The position numbers were made by a program, and so were the translations under genes. A DNA stretch of 64,000 nt from Bacteriovoracia bacterium (GTDB lineage: Bacteria; Bdellovibrionota; UBA1018; CAIPTA01). Below are positions 8,530-17,576 of the stretch, in pieces. The stretch lies in NCBI GenBank assembly GCA_050246755.1, contig JBFWVL010000001.1, positions 1,728,001 to 1,792,000 on the forward strand. The letters run 5' to 3'. Position 1 is the stretch's first letter. Every line of letters begins with the position of its first letter. The notes under the pieces are model-generated. The model saw only the letters and a list, made by a program, of their open reading frames with translations, ran no database searches and was not told the DNA's origin.

Positions 8530-11103
8530 ATGCCGGACCAAACACCAAATTCGCGAAATGAAAAGCCCTCGCGCTCCGTGCTCGAAACGGACCATCCTGT
8601 TTTCGGCAAAGTGAAGCGTGAGTTGCCGATGCTTCAGCCGCGCATGCTCTCGGCGAAGCACCCTCATATCCAGAAGCTGCGCGAGTGGGCTAGCTCCGCA
8701 TTGTTTATTCGCGTGGGCCTGATTTTCGCTGCCGCTTCCATCCTGAGCTTTTTCATTTACCGCCAGATCACCGATCCCTTTCTCGATTATAAATTGAATG
8801 ATGTGGCTCAGCGCCATTTGATCGCCCAGCGCACCATGGAAATGGTGGACGAAGAAACCACCGAGGCGAAACGGAAGTCGGCCACCGAGGCGATTCTCTC
8901 TGTCTACGACTACGATCGCCGTATTCCCGGGCTCGTACGCGGCCGCATCGCCCAGGCATTCCTGCAGATGCGGCGCCAGCACCAGGACGTGGTGAGCCTC
9001 GCGAATCGCCGTAATATTTCTCCGGAAGAGCTGGATAAATCGGAGAGCTTTCTAAGCGCCAAGAAAACGTTTTCGGAAATTACCGAGGTAGACGTATCCG
9101 ACGCCCAGTTCGTGGGCTTGGCCCGCACGGGCTTCAATCCCCGGGTGGAAAAAATCCTAACCCACCTGCTGGCCGACGTGAACCTGAACCTCATCGTATC
9201 GAACCGGGAGCTCCTTAAAAGCGAGATCGGCAAAGGCATTACCTTGAATCGCATCGACGCCGGAGTAGAGGGCCGCACCGAGCTGGTATTCCATAATATC
9301 GGCGCCATCATCGACGTGGAAACCGCCCGTGCGGATCTGGAGGCCAAGGCCAAGGCGATGTTCGATACTCCACAAAACCAGGCCTACGCTCCGCAGGCCG
9401 AAAAAATTATCGCGGTGGCCAAGCGCTTCGTGGTGCCGAACCTGACCCTGAATCGCCAGGAAACCGAGCGCCGCCGCAAGGCCGTGATGGACGAGATCAA
9501 GCCCGTGCTCGTGAAGATCAACAAGGGCGAAAGCATCGTGAAGTACCAGGAAACGATCAATAAGCGCCACCTCGCGATCTTGAAGCAGATGGAGCGCAAC
9601 TCGCAGAGCGATAATTCCCGCTTCCAGTTTTTCTTCACTACGATCTTCCTCTCCCTGCTGATCTATTCGCTGGTGGCTTTTCTTTCCGGAGGAATGGCGG
9701 CGTTCAAACTGAGCTGGCAGGATTTTCTGGCCCTCTCCATGCTGATGGTGGCCACGATCTTGCTGATCAAAGGATTGCAGTTCATCGTGGCGGAAGCTTT
9801 GCTCGAGCGCATCCCGCAGCTGCCCTTCGATTTCTATTATTACCTCGTGCCGGTGGCCGCCGGGCCCGTGATCGTGCGCATGCTGATGGATAAAGAGCCG
9901 GCATTAATTTTCTCGGTAGTGCTTTCGATCGTGGGCGGGATCCTGCTCGAGCGAAACTTCTTCTACGCCGCTTATATCTTAAGCTCTTCCTTGATTGCGG
10001 CGCAGCTCGCCCACACGATCAAGACCCGCTCCGTGATCTACCGCGCCGGTATTCTCACGGGGATCGCGAACGTGGCCATGATCACCTGCATTATCGCCAA
10101 TACCCGCAACGCCGCTTCCCTCAGCATGCTTTGGCAGGATATCGGGTGGATCGCCTGGGCCGGATTGCTCTCGGGGCTTTTCATGTCGATGATCGTGGTT
10201 TCGCTGGTTCCCCTCGTGGAATTAATTTCCGGGCGCACTAGTGATCTGCGTTTGCTCGAGCTCGCGAATATGAACCACCCTCTTTTAAGGGATTTGATGG
10301 TGAAGGCCCCCGGCACCTACCATCATTGCATCGTGATCGGCTCCCTCGTGGAGGCCGCCGCCGAAGCGATCGGCGCTAATCCACTGATGGCGCGCGTGAT
10401 GGCTTACTACCACGACGTGGGCAAGACCGAGCGTCCGCTTTATTTCATCGAGAATCAGGGTGGGGGATATAATCGCCACGATGGATTGCAGCCGCATATG
10501 AGCGCGATGATCATCCGGGAACACGTGAAGCGCGGCCAGGAATTGGGCAAGAAGCATAAATTGCCTCAGCCCCTGATCGATGCGATGAGCGAACACCACG
10601 GCTCTTCCACCATCGCGTATTTTTATAATAAAGCTCGCTCCCAGGCCGAGGATCCCGAGTCCGTGCTCGAGAGCGACTATAAATACGACGGCACCAAGCC
10701 CCAGTCCAAGGAGACCGCGCTCGTGATGCTCGGCGATGTGGTAGAAGCCGCCACCCGTTCCGTGGCCGACCCCACGCCGCTCCGCCTCAATGGCGTAGTG
10801 AAAAATATCCTCAATAAATATTTCGCTGAGGGCCAGCTCTCGGAATGTAACCTCACGCTCCGCGATCTCGATTTGATCGCCAAGAGTTTTCTCGACGTAT
10901 TGCTCGGGATCTACCACGCCCGGATCGAATACGGAGTGCCTTCCATCCGCGACGGTGCTAAAAAGAGGAATGCCAATTCGGATCAAAAAGGAAGTGCGCG
11001 GTCACCAGGCGGAAGCGGAGTGGGTCCTTCGCCGAGCGCGGCGCCATATACGAAGCCTTTCCCGGTGCCGGGTTCCGGCGGCGGCGGCTCTAAAAAAAGC
11101 TGA
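8530..11103 (+). CDS. 7TM-HD family phosphohydrolase (PgpH/YqfF-like cyclic dinucleotide phosphodiesterase)
   Basis: Large extracytoplasmic domain, multiple TMs, HD domain (APGTYHH, YYHDVGK, YFIENQ, EHHGSS, DVVEAA); adjacent to ybeY as is usual for this family. Confidence 0.9.
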   Translation: MPDQTPNSRNEKPSRSVLETDHPVFGKVKRELPMLQPRMLSAKHPHIQKLREWASSALFIRVGLIFAAASILSFFIYRQITDPFLDYKLNDVAQRHLIAQRTMEMVDEETTEAKRKSATEAILSVYDYDRRIPGLVRGRIAQAFLQMRRQHQDVVSLANRRNISPEELDKSESFLSAKKTFSEITEVDVSDAQFVGLARTGFNPRVEKILTHLLADVNLNLIVSNRELLKSEIGKGITLNRIDAGVEGRTELVFHNIGAIIDVETARADLEAKAKAMFDTPQNQAYAPQAEKIIAVAKRFVVPNLTLNRQETERRRKAVMDEIKPVLVKINKGESIVKYQETINKRHLAILKQMERNSQSDNSRFQFFFTTIFLSLLIYSLVAFLSGGMAAFKLSWQDFLALSMLMVATILLIKGLQFIVAEALLERIPQLPFDFYYYLVPVAAGPVIVRMLMDKEPALIFSVVLSIVGGILLERNFFYAAYILSSSLIAAQLAHTIKTRSVIYRAGILTGIANVAMITCIIANTRNAASLSMLWQDIGWIAWAGLLSGLFMSMIVVSLVPLVELISGRTSDLRLLELANMNHPLLRDLMVKAPGTYHHCIVIGSLVEAAAEAIGANPLMARVMAYYHDVGKTERPLYFIENQGGGYNRHDGLQPHMSAMIIREHVKRGQELGKKHKLPQPLIDAMSEHHGSSTIAYFYNKARSQAEDPESVLESDYKYDGTKPQSKETALVMLGDVVEAATRSVADPTPLRLNGVVKNILNKYFAEGQLSECNLTLRDLDLIAKSFLDVLLGIYHARIEYGVPSIRDGAKKRNANSDQKGSARSPGGSGVGPSPSAAPYTKPFPVPGSGGGGSKKS

Positions 11104-11449
11104 GCTCTCCATTGTTCTCGTAAACGATAGGTCCATTCAAGCCCTCAACTTTCAGTGGCGTAAGAAAAATAAAGCCACCGACGTGCTTTCATTCCCCCAA
11201 ATGACGGTGCCAGAATTAAAAAAAACTAGCGGGGAGGTAGCGCTGGGCGACGTGGTGATCAGCGTAGAAACTGCGGCCGTTCAAGCTAAAGAGCGGGGCC
11301 ATAGCCTCAAGAAAGAGCTCGATATCCTGCTCGTGCACGGAATTTTGCACCTTCTCGGCTATGACCATGAGTATTCAAAGTCGGAATCTCTGCGCATGCG
11401 CCGCATGGAAAAGAAGATTCTCGGCCACCAAGGGCTGATCGTCCGCTAA
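10970..11449 (+). CDS. ybeY: rRNA maturation endoribonuclease YbeY
   Basis: LNFQWRKKNKATDVLSF, LGDVVIS, HGILHLLGYDH zinc motif. Confidence 0.95.
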   Translation: MPIRIKKEVRGHQAEAEWVLRRARRHIRSLSRCRVPAAAALKKAELSIVLVNDRSIQALNFQWRKKNKATDVLSFPQMTVPELKKTSGEVALGDVVISVETAAVQAKERGHSLKKELDILLVHGILHLLGYDHEYSKSESLRMRRMEKKILGHQGLIVR

Positions 11450-11467
11450 ATAGCTGATCTAATACGC

Positions 11468-11497
11468 TTGACACGGTAGTACGTGCCTTGTCACACT
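11468..11497 (+). promoter_or_regulatory. Candidate sigma-70 promoter (TTGACA-N18-CACACT with TG extension), leaderless
   Basis: TTGACA at 11468-11473, TGtCACACT ending at 11497, 6 nt before ATG 11504. Confidence 0.45.
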
Positions 11498-11503
11498 ATT
11501 GCC

Positions 11504-12061
11504 ATGATGGATCGCTCTTCTCCCGAAATTCAGGTGCCGCGCCAAATCATGACCTCGCGCCCATCCCGGGACGGCCACTGGCTTAAGCGCCTCGTGGACA
11601 ATGAGAGCGAGCTCCTGCGCACTGGCGCCGGCGATTTCATCAGTCACCAGGATCACCGAAAAGTAGTGGAAGAAGCTTCCCTCGAGTTCATGCAGCAGAT
11701 CAAAGAAGAGTTCCTTAACTGCGTGGACCTTTTCAATTCCTACCGCGGCGGATCTCATCTCCCGAACTCGGTGAAGATTTTCAATATTTCGAATACCGCG
11801 GCCGATTTCATCATCTTCCGCAATACGCTCAAGCTCGTGATCTCGAACCCGGCCCTCGGCGTGATCAACTGCTCTTTCGTGAACCGCGCGAATACCTTCA
11901 CCAAGGCGCCGGTGAAATCGAAAAAAGAAGGCTACGATCTGATCGCGCAGCTGTATCCCTTCAATGATCTCGCCTGGACTTTCCACGGTGAGCGCGTGAA
12001 CGTAGAGGCCGTGGTGCGCTACTTATTCACCGATTTCGTGAAATCTTCCGCTATTTTCTAG
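11504..12061 (+). CDS. Hypothetical protein
   Basis: About 185-aa ORF filling the gap after ybeY with typical codon usage; no recognised motif. Confidence 0.75.
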   Translation: MMDRSSPEIQVPRQIMTSRPSRDGHWLKRLVDNESELLRTGAGDFISHQDHRKVVEEASLEFMQQIKEEFLNCVDLFNSYRGGSHLPNSVKIFNISNTAADFIIFRNTLKLVISNPALGVINCSFVNRANTFTKAPVKSKKEGYDLIAQLYPFNDLAWTFHGERVNVEAVVRYLFTDFVKSSAIF

Positions 12062-12089
12062 CGCTTGCCTCCGGCGTCGAGGGCGAAAA

Positions 12090-13034
12090 TTACGCCCCTA
12101 GGCTCTTCACCGCTTTATCCCATTTTTCCAGGCCCAGCCCTGGGCTGAGGTCGGCGAGCAGATTCAGGTAGAGTTGCGCTTTCGTCTCGCATTTCCAGGT
12201 GGGGAAAGACTTCGTGAATAGGTCGGAGTTCAGCGAAGTATCGCGCGTCCATTCGTCGCTGGGCGTTTTCACGGTCACGCTATCTTTACCGATCACGCGC
12301 AGCCATCCCTTCAGAAAATCGTATTCGCTCAGGGCGGGCCCACCGAGGTGAAACGTGCGGTGCTTGCCGGGAAAGGGGCCGGTGAGCGCCTGGTGGAGCG
12401 CATGCGTGAGCGAGCGGGTGGAGATATAGCTATGGATGCGCTTCTTCTGGCCCTGCATCGCTTCGCCCTTCGCGCACCGCACGCGGATGCGATCGAAGCT
12501 GCTGAGGCGGTAGGGGTGACCGACTCCCACTACGTGGCCCACGCGGAAGATCGTGCTTTCGAGGGTTTGCGCGCGAATATAGCTATGGGCCGTAATTTTT
12601 TGTTTGCCGAGAGTATCATCGAGGGTGAAAGAGGTATCCTCCTCGGAATAATTTCCAGTTTCCCCGTCGTACACATCCGCGCAGCTGAGGTGCAGGAACT
12701 GCGCGCGCAGCTTGGACGCGAGCACCGCGAGCGAAACGGGCAGAACCACGTTCATGTTATCGCTGATCTTGGGGTGTTCATGGATCTGTTTACGATCGGT
12801 GATGCCCATGCAGTTGACGATGAAGTCGGGTTCCTGCATGCGGATCACGGTCTCGAGCATCTCGAGATTTTTTAGGCTAACGGGGTAAATCTGGGTATTG
12901 GGAAAAAAAACCCTATTGTCGAAGTAGCAGCCGGAAACCAGAAAGTCGGCGTTTAGGCGGCGGGCGAGGTGGTAGCCGATGAGGCCGCTTACGCCCACGA
13001 TGAAAACCTTCTGCTTTCGCACGAATCCCGCCAT
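12090..13034 (-). CDS. RmlD-like extended SDR (sugar-nucleotide binding), catalytic residues altered
   Basis: VFIVGVSGLIG, EPDFIVNC, HLSCADVYDGETGNYSEED; the YxxxK position reads LGKQK. Confidence 0.8.
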   Translation of the reverse strand: MAGFVRKQKVFIVGVSGLIGYHLARRLNADFLVSGCYFDNRVFFPNTQIYPVSLKNLEMLETVIRMQEPDFIVNCMGITDRKQIHEHPKISDNMNVVLPVSLAVLASKLRAQFLHLSCADVYDGETGNYSEEDTSFTLDDTLGKQKITAHSYIRAQTLESTIFRVGHVVGVGHPYRLSSFDRIRVRCAKGEAMQGQKKRIHSYISTRSLTHALHQALTGPFPGKHRTFHLGGPALSEYDFLKGWLRVIGKDSVTVKTPSDEWTRDTSLNSDLFTKSFPTWKCETKAQLYLNLLADLSPGLGLEKWDKAVKSLGA

Positions 13035-13060
13035 GAGAATATTCTACTGCCCGCAAGGGC

Positions 13061-13092
13061 AAAAAAATAGGGGTGGGAAAGATTCCCACCCC
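13061..13092 (-). terminator. Intrinsic terminator of the flagellin at 13116-13946
   Basis: GGGGTGGGAA-aga-TTCCCACCCC hairpin followed by a T-tract on the minus strand. Confidence 0.85.
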
Positions 13093-13115
13093 CTTTAGAG
13101 TACGTTGGTTCGAAC

Positions 13116-13946
13116 TTAGGCGAGCAGCTTCAGCGCCATCTGTTGCGACGAATTGGCGTGACCCAATACCGCTACACCAGCTTGCTGGAGGATTTGCTGT
13201 TTCACTAGTTCCGAGCTCTCTTCGGCGATGTCGGTATCACGGATACGAGAGTTCGCGGCCGAGAGGTTTTCATCGTAGATGGAGAGGTTGCTCACCGTGG
13301 AGGCCAAGCGGTTCTGCATGGCACCAAGGGTAGAACGTACTTCGTTTACGCGCTTCAAGCCGGAGTCAATTTTCGAAAGCGAATTTTGGGCTCCTAGTTT
13401 AGATATTACCGAGTCTTGACCGATTCCCAAGGATTCAACCCGGGCGTCGGCAAATTTGGTATCGTAGCTCAAGCGATCGTTAGCCGTGTTATTCACACCC
13501 ACTTGGATATCGATCGGTTGTTCACGTCCGCTCAAGAGCGGAATACCGTTGAAGTTCGTGGATTCGGAGATCCGCTGAATTTCCTGTTTTAACGATTGGA
13601 ATTCGCGGTCCGTGAAGGCTCTTTCCGTGTCACCGATCGTATCAGATGCAGCTTGGATCGATAGTTCGCGGAGACGAACAAGAATGTTCGATACTTCGTT
13701 GAGACCACCTTCCGTTACCTGTACGAGGGAGATACCGTCGGATGCGTTACGCTTCGCTTGGCGCAAGCCGCGGATCTGAGCTTTCAAGTTTTCAGAGATC
13801 GCGAGCCCCGCAGCGTCGTCACCGGCTTTGTTGATCCGGTTACCGCTAGAGAGTCGCTCGAGGGATTTCTGCGTGGAGTCGGTGCTGCTAGTGAGCATTC
13901 GACGCGCATTGATCGCCGCGATATTTGTATTAATTCTAAGTCCCAT
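13116..13946 (-). CDS. fliC: Flagellin (short, 276 aa)
   Basis: MGLRINTN, LERLSSGNRINKAGDDAAGLAISE, LGAMQNRL, ANSRIRDTDIAEE. Confidence 0.98.
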   Translation of the reverse strand: MGLRINTNIAAINARRMLTSSTDSTQKSLERLSSGNRINKAGDDAAGLAISENLKAQIRGLRQAKRNASDGISLVQVTEGGLNEVSNILVRLRELSIQAASDTIGDTERAFTDREFQSLKQEIQRISESTNFNGIPLLSGREQPIDIQVGVNNTANDRLSYDTKFADARVESLGIGQDSVISKLGAQNSLSKIDSGLKRVNEVRSTLGAMQNRLASTVSNLSIYDENLSAANSRIRDTDIAEESSELVKQQILQQAGVAVLGHANSSQQMALKLLA

Positions 13947-13951
13947 TTTCT

Positions 13952-14025
13952 TATCCTTCCGTGGTCATCTTTCTATCCTCCGTGAATAGCTTCTCTCTAT
14001 GTAGAAAAGCACAGCATCCTGCTGT
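13952..14025 (-). promoter_or_regulatory. Putative CsrA/RsmA binding sites in the flagellin leader
   Basis: Minus strand carries the hairpin ACAGCA-GGA-TGCTGT and two CACGGA(A)GGATA motifs, the last overlapping the RBS. Confidence 0.65.
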
Positions 14026-14065
14026 TGATGGTTTCTATCAGTTTTTGACTCGCCCAAATAAAGTC

Positions 14066-14090
14066 GGTTCCGGTCATTAAGACCGGAACC
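14066..14090 (-). terminator. Hairpin between the flagellins (probable terminator of the upstream flagellin)
   Basis: Perfect 10-bp stem GGTTCCGGTC/GACCGGAACC, 5-nt loop, followed by GACTTTATTT on the minus strand. Confidence 0.6.
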
Positions 14091-14198
14091 TTCCGCAGGA
14101 AACAGGGCGCAACTTTAACATCGCGTTTTTATGGCTTCGTTCGCTTCAGCTTGGTAACTCAACTAGTACAGGCCAAAATCTTTCATAAGCTTCATCCT

Positions 14199-15044
14199 TT
14201 AGTGTTGCATCGCGCTTAGGAGCTGCAAGGCTCCGGCGCCGCTATTGTTCGCTTGCGCTAGTACCGAGGTACCAGCCTGGGCGAGGATGTTCTGCTTCGT
14301 GAGTTCTGCCGTCTCTTCCGCCATATCCGTGTCACGGATGCGGGAGTTAGCGGCCGAGAGGTTCTCGATCGCGATGCCGGCGTTATTAATCGTGCTTTGT
14401 AGGCGGTTTTGCATGGCGCCGAAGTCCGCGCGAATCGCCGACACGCCCTGAATGGCTTTGTCGATGAAAGAGAGCGAGGCTTGGGCTCCGTTTTTGTCCA
14501 AAACGCTGGTGAGATTCAATCCGAGAGCGGTAGAGCTCACGTTCGTGGCGCTCGGATCGAAGGTGATCCGGTCGATGGTGGGATTATTTCCCACGCCCAC
14601 TTGGATATCGATCACGCCGCCGCCGCCATTGAGCAGGGGCACGCGGTTGAATTCGGTAGAGTTCGAAATACGGTCGATCTCGGAAAGAAGGGCTTCGTAT
14701 TCTACGTTCAAGAATCTGCGTTCGGAAGCGCCGATGGTATCGGATGCGGCTTGCACCGAAAGTTCGCGCAGGCGGATCATGATATTGGAGATCTCGGTGA
14801 GCCCGCCCTCCGCTACCTGAACCATGGAGATACCGTCTTGAGAATTTCGCTCGGCTTGTTTCATGCCGCGGATCTGAGCCTTCAGGCTCTCGGAGATGGC
14901 GAGGCCGGCGGCGTCGTCGCCCGCGCGGTTGATGCGGCTACCGGAAGATAGACGCTCTAAGGATTTATCGAGTGACAGTCTCGTTTGACGCAGGCTTCTT
15001 TGCGCGTTCACTGAGGCCACGTTTGTATTAATTCTTAAACCCAT
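14199..15044 (-). CDS. fliC: Flagellin (short, 281 aa)
   Basis: MGLRINTNVAS, LERLSSGSRINRAGDDAAGLAISE, FGAMQNRL, ANSRIRDTDMAEE. Confidence 0.98.
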   Translation of the reverse strand: MGLRINTNVASVNAQRSLRQTRLSLDKSLERLSSGSRINRAGDDAAGLAISESLKAQIRGMKQAERNSQDGISMVQVAEGGLTEISNIMIRLRELSVQAASDTIGASERRFLNVEYEALLSEIDRISNSTEFNRVPLLNGGGGVIDIQVGVGNNPTIDRITFDPSATNVSSTALGLNLTSVLDKNGAQASLSFIDKAIQGVSAIRADFGAMQNRLQSTINNAGIAIENLSAANSRIRDTDMAEETAELTKQNILAQAGTSVLAQANNSGAGALQLLSAMQH

Positions 15045-15140
15045 GACTCCATCCTCCTTGATGGGAATCGTTTCTCTCGGTTCCGCAGTCCTTGCTTCCC
15101 CGGTAGGCCACTTGCTTTGTTTTCAGTGCCTACATGTATC

Positions 15141-15167
15141 TCTTCGGAGTCAGGAAAAATTTCTTTA
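15141..15167 (-). promoter_or_regulatory. Sigma-28 promoter of flagellin
   Basis: TAAA-N15-TCCGAAGA on the minus strand about 100 nt upstream of the ATG (consensus TAAA-N15-GCCGATAA). Confidence 0.7.
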
Positions 15168-15210
15168 AGGAAAATAGGAAAAAACTTTAGACAGTAGGCA
15201 TGATCATTAA

Positions 15211-16356
15211 ATGGACATTCGCAATCCGAACCAGGTAGAGCTAATGGATTTAATTGGTCGGGTATCCGCTGCTTTCTCCTATACTAAGGAAGAAGGAACG
15301 GTGGCCCGGGATTTCCCACTCTTCTACAATATCCACAACTTAAAGCATCTATGGGCCGCCTACGAAGGGGAGAAACTAATAGGCCACGCGGGCTATTTTC
15401 CGGCCGTTTTACGAGTAGAAAACCTTCCTTTGCCGGTGGCGGGAGTGGGTGGGGTCTACACGGAAGCCGATCACCAGGGCCAGGGTTTGGGCACACAATT
15501 AATCGAAAAAAATATTTTCGAAGCCAAAAAAAATGGCGCCGCGCTCGCCGTTTTATGGAGCGACCGCCACGATTTCTACGGAAAAATGGGGTTCTATCTC
15601 ACTGGCAGGCAGTGGACGATCGTGCTCGAACCAAAATTCTCCGCCGCCCTTCACGAGAAGGGCACGCAGCTTCACCTCGATAAATCTTCGCTGGAAATAT
15701 TTGAGGGCGGAGACGATTCCAATTTCCTGCGCCAGAGCCACGAGATGATTTCGCACCTTCCCATCGGCGTGAGCCGGACCTTAGAGGAGCATACTGCTTA
15801 TCTCGCTTCGGGATCTTGCAGGGTAATTTCCGCCTGGGCGGGAAACGAGCTCGCGGCCTACTTCGTGATCGGCAAAGGGAAAGACCTCACCAACTGCATC
15901 CATGAATGGGCGGGCGACGAAGCCGCGCTCCATCACCTGGCGGCGCACTGCCTGGAAACCTTCCAGCAAACGCTGTATCTGTTCAGCCCTCAGTTCATGC
16001 CCGACGAAGTGAACTGGATCTATTCCCTCAATGAACTCGGCATTCCGATGAAGGCCGAATACATGGCGCTCGTGAAGCTCTTGGATTTCGCGAAGATGAA
16101 ACGGCTCGTGAAGGATTACTTAGCGAAGGCTGGAATACCGGAAACGGATTTGCGGCTGGAGCAGAAGGAAACGGATAAGGAGGCCCCGGGGGCCGACAAA
16201 TATACTTATATAGTGCAATGGCGCCAAGAGACGGAGCTACACTTTACCGAGGCGCAGTTCTTGCGCTTCCTCTTCGGGCCGGAGTTGCCCACTTCGCAAG
16301 AGATGAAGGCCTTCTTCCCGCTGCGGATTTGGTACTGGGGAATGGATTCGGTTTAG
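15211..16356 (+). CDS. GNAT family N-acetyltransferase (Eis-like N-terminal domain)
   Basis: AGVGGVYTEADHQGQGLGTQL acetyl-CoA motif, AVLWSDRHDFYGKMGF. Confidence 0.85.
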   Translation: MDIRNPNQVELMDLIGRVSAAFSYTKEEGTVARDFPLFYNIHNLKHLWAAYEGEKLIGHAGYFPAVLRVENLPLPVAGVGGVYTEADHQGQGLGTQLIEKNIFEAKKNGAALAVLWSDRHDFYGKMGFYLTGRQWTIVLEPKFSAALHEKGTQLHLDKSSLEIFEGGDDSNFLRQSHEMISHLPIGVSRTLEEHTAYLASGSCRVISAWAGNELAAYFVIGKGKDLTNCIHEWAGDEAALHHLAAHCLETFQQTLYLFSPQFMPDEVNWIYSLNELGIPMKAEYMALVKLLDFAKMKRLVKDYLAKAGIPETDLRLEQKETDKEAPGADKYTYIVQWRQETELHFTEAQFLRFLFGPELPTSQEMKAFFPLRIWYWGMDSV

Positions 16357-16419
16357 GGATACGGAAAGCGGATAAGCGCTAAATCTGGGGAAAAGCCTCG
16401 AACCTTCCGATACGCCAGT

Positions 16420-17457
16420 ATGTTCCGCGTGTTTCCTCTTGCCCTCTTCGTGCTCTTTCTTTGCGCTGGCCCGGCCCGCGCCGAGGTGCGTTTGGCCGTC
16501 TGGAACCCTCCCGGTTTTAAGTACGCCTTTGTGGTGGCGGTGAGGGAAGGGGAGAGTCTGGCCGCGGCGGTTGGCCGTTACCAGAGCGCGGTGAACCTCA
16601 ATCCTGATTTACGGGCAAGCTTGGTGAAAAAGCCACTCGCGCTAAGAACTGGTAAGCTCAGCTTATTTTCCGAGCAGGCGCCCGGGCCGCGCGCGTTGGT
16701 CTTGGCGAATAAGGCCGTTGATATGCAGCACGCGCAAGATTACGTGAACGCTCCCGCCAAACCTTTGCGGGCGAGGGGAGTGAAGCCCTATGTTCTGCCG
16801 CTGGCCGCCGAGCTCGGCTTGTCGGCTTCCGAAGCGGAAGAGTTTCGGGCCAAGCTCACGCGGGAATTCGATTTGCTCCTCGCCATCGGCGGCGACGATA
16901 CCCATCCGCACCTCTATGGCCGCGAGATCACCTACGCCAAAGAGCCCCTGAGTATGACGCGGGACCTCGCGGAAAAGAATCTGGTCGAACACTATACTAA
17001 GAGCGAGCGGGGATTTTTTCTCGGTATCTGCCGTGGGAGCCAGCTGCTCGGGATCACCGTGGGGTGTCCCTTGGTTCAGGACATCGAAAAGGAGAAAAAC
17101 GTTGCTGGGCACCGCCATGGCTTTCATTCTGCCTGGATCGATCGTGGCCAAAGCGAGCACCTCACCAAGATTTTCCCCGGCGCCGCGGAGATTGAAATTA
17201 ATACTTTGCATCACCAGGCTGTAGCAGAAGGCAACAGCTTGCTGCGCGTAGTGGCCCGGGATCCCTTCGGCGTGGTGGAGGCCACCGAGCTCGCGAACGG
17301 GCGTGGGCTCGGCGTGCAGTTTCATCCCGAGCTCATGAGCGCGAAAACGAAGAATCCTTTTTTCGACTACGTAGCCACCCAGGCTAAATCCGCTTATGCC
17401 GAACGGGTCCGTGGCGGCTGTGAGGCGCGCTACGGCCTCTTCGCGAAACCAAACTAA
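16420..17457 (+). CDS. Class I glutamine amidotransferase-like / peptidase C26 (PuuD-like) with signal peptide
   Basis: IGGDDTHPHLYG, nucleophile LGICRGSQ, LHHQAV, GVQFHPE; N-terminal Sec signal ending ARA. Confidence 0.85.
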   Translation: MFRVFPLALFVLFLCAGPARAEVRLAVWNPPGFKYAFVVAVREGESLAAAVGRYQSAVNLNPDLRASLVKKPLALRTGKLSLFSEQAPGPRALVLANKAVDMQHAQDYVNAPAKPLRARGVKPYVLPLAAELGLSASEAEEFRAKLTREFDLLLAIGGDDTHPHLYGREITYAKEPLSMTRDLAEKNLVEHYTKSERGFFLGICRGSQLLGITVGCPLVQDIEKEKNVAGHRHGFHSAWIDRGQSEHLTKIFPGAAEIEINTLHHQAVAEGNSLLRVVARDPFGVVEATELANGRGLGVQFHPELMSAKTKNPFFDYVATQAKSAYAERVRGGCEARYGLFAKPN

Positions 17458-17576
17458 GCCAAAATTTTCTCCACGCCCAAAATCCTTGCGCCGGAAATTT
17501 TTTGTTCCACTGGATTATTATTTGGCGCAGGAAAAAAATCTGTTATTGCTAATTTCAGGTCTTGAACAAAGGGGGA

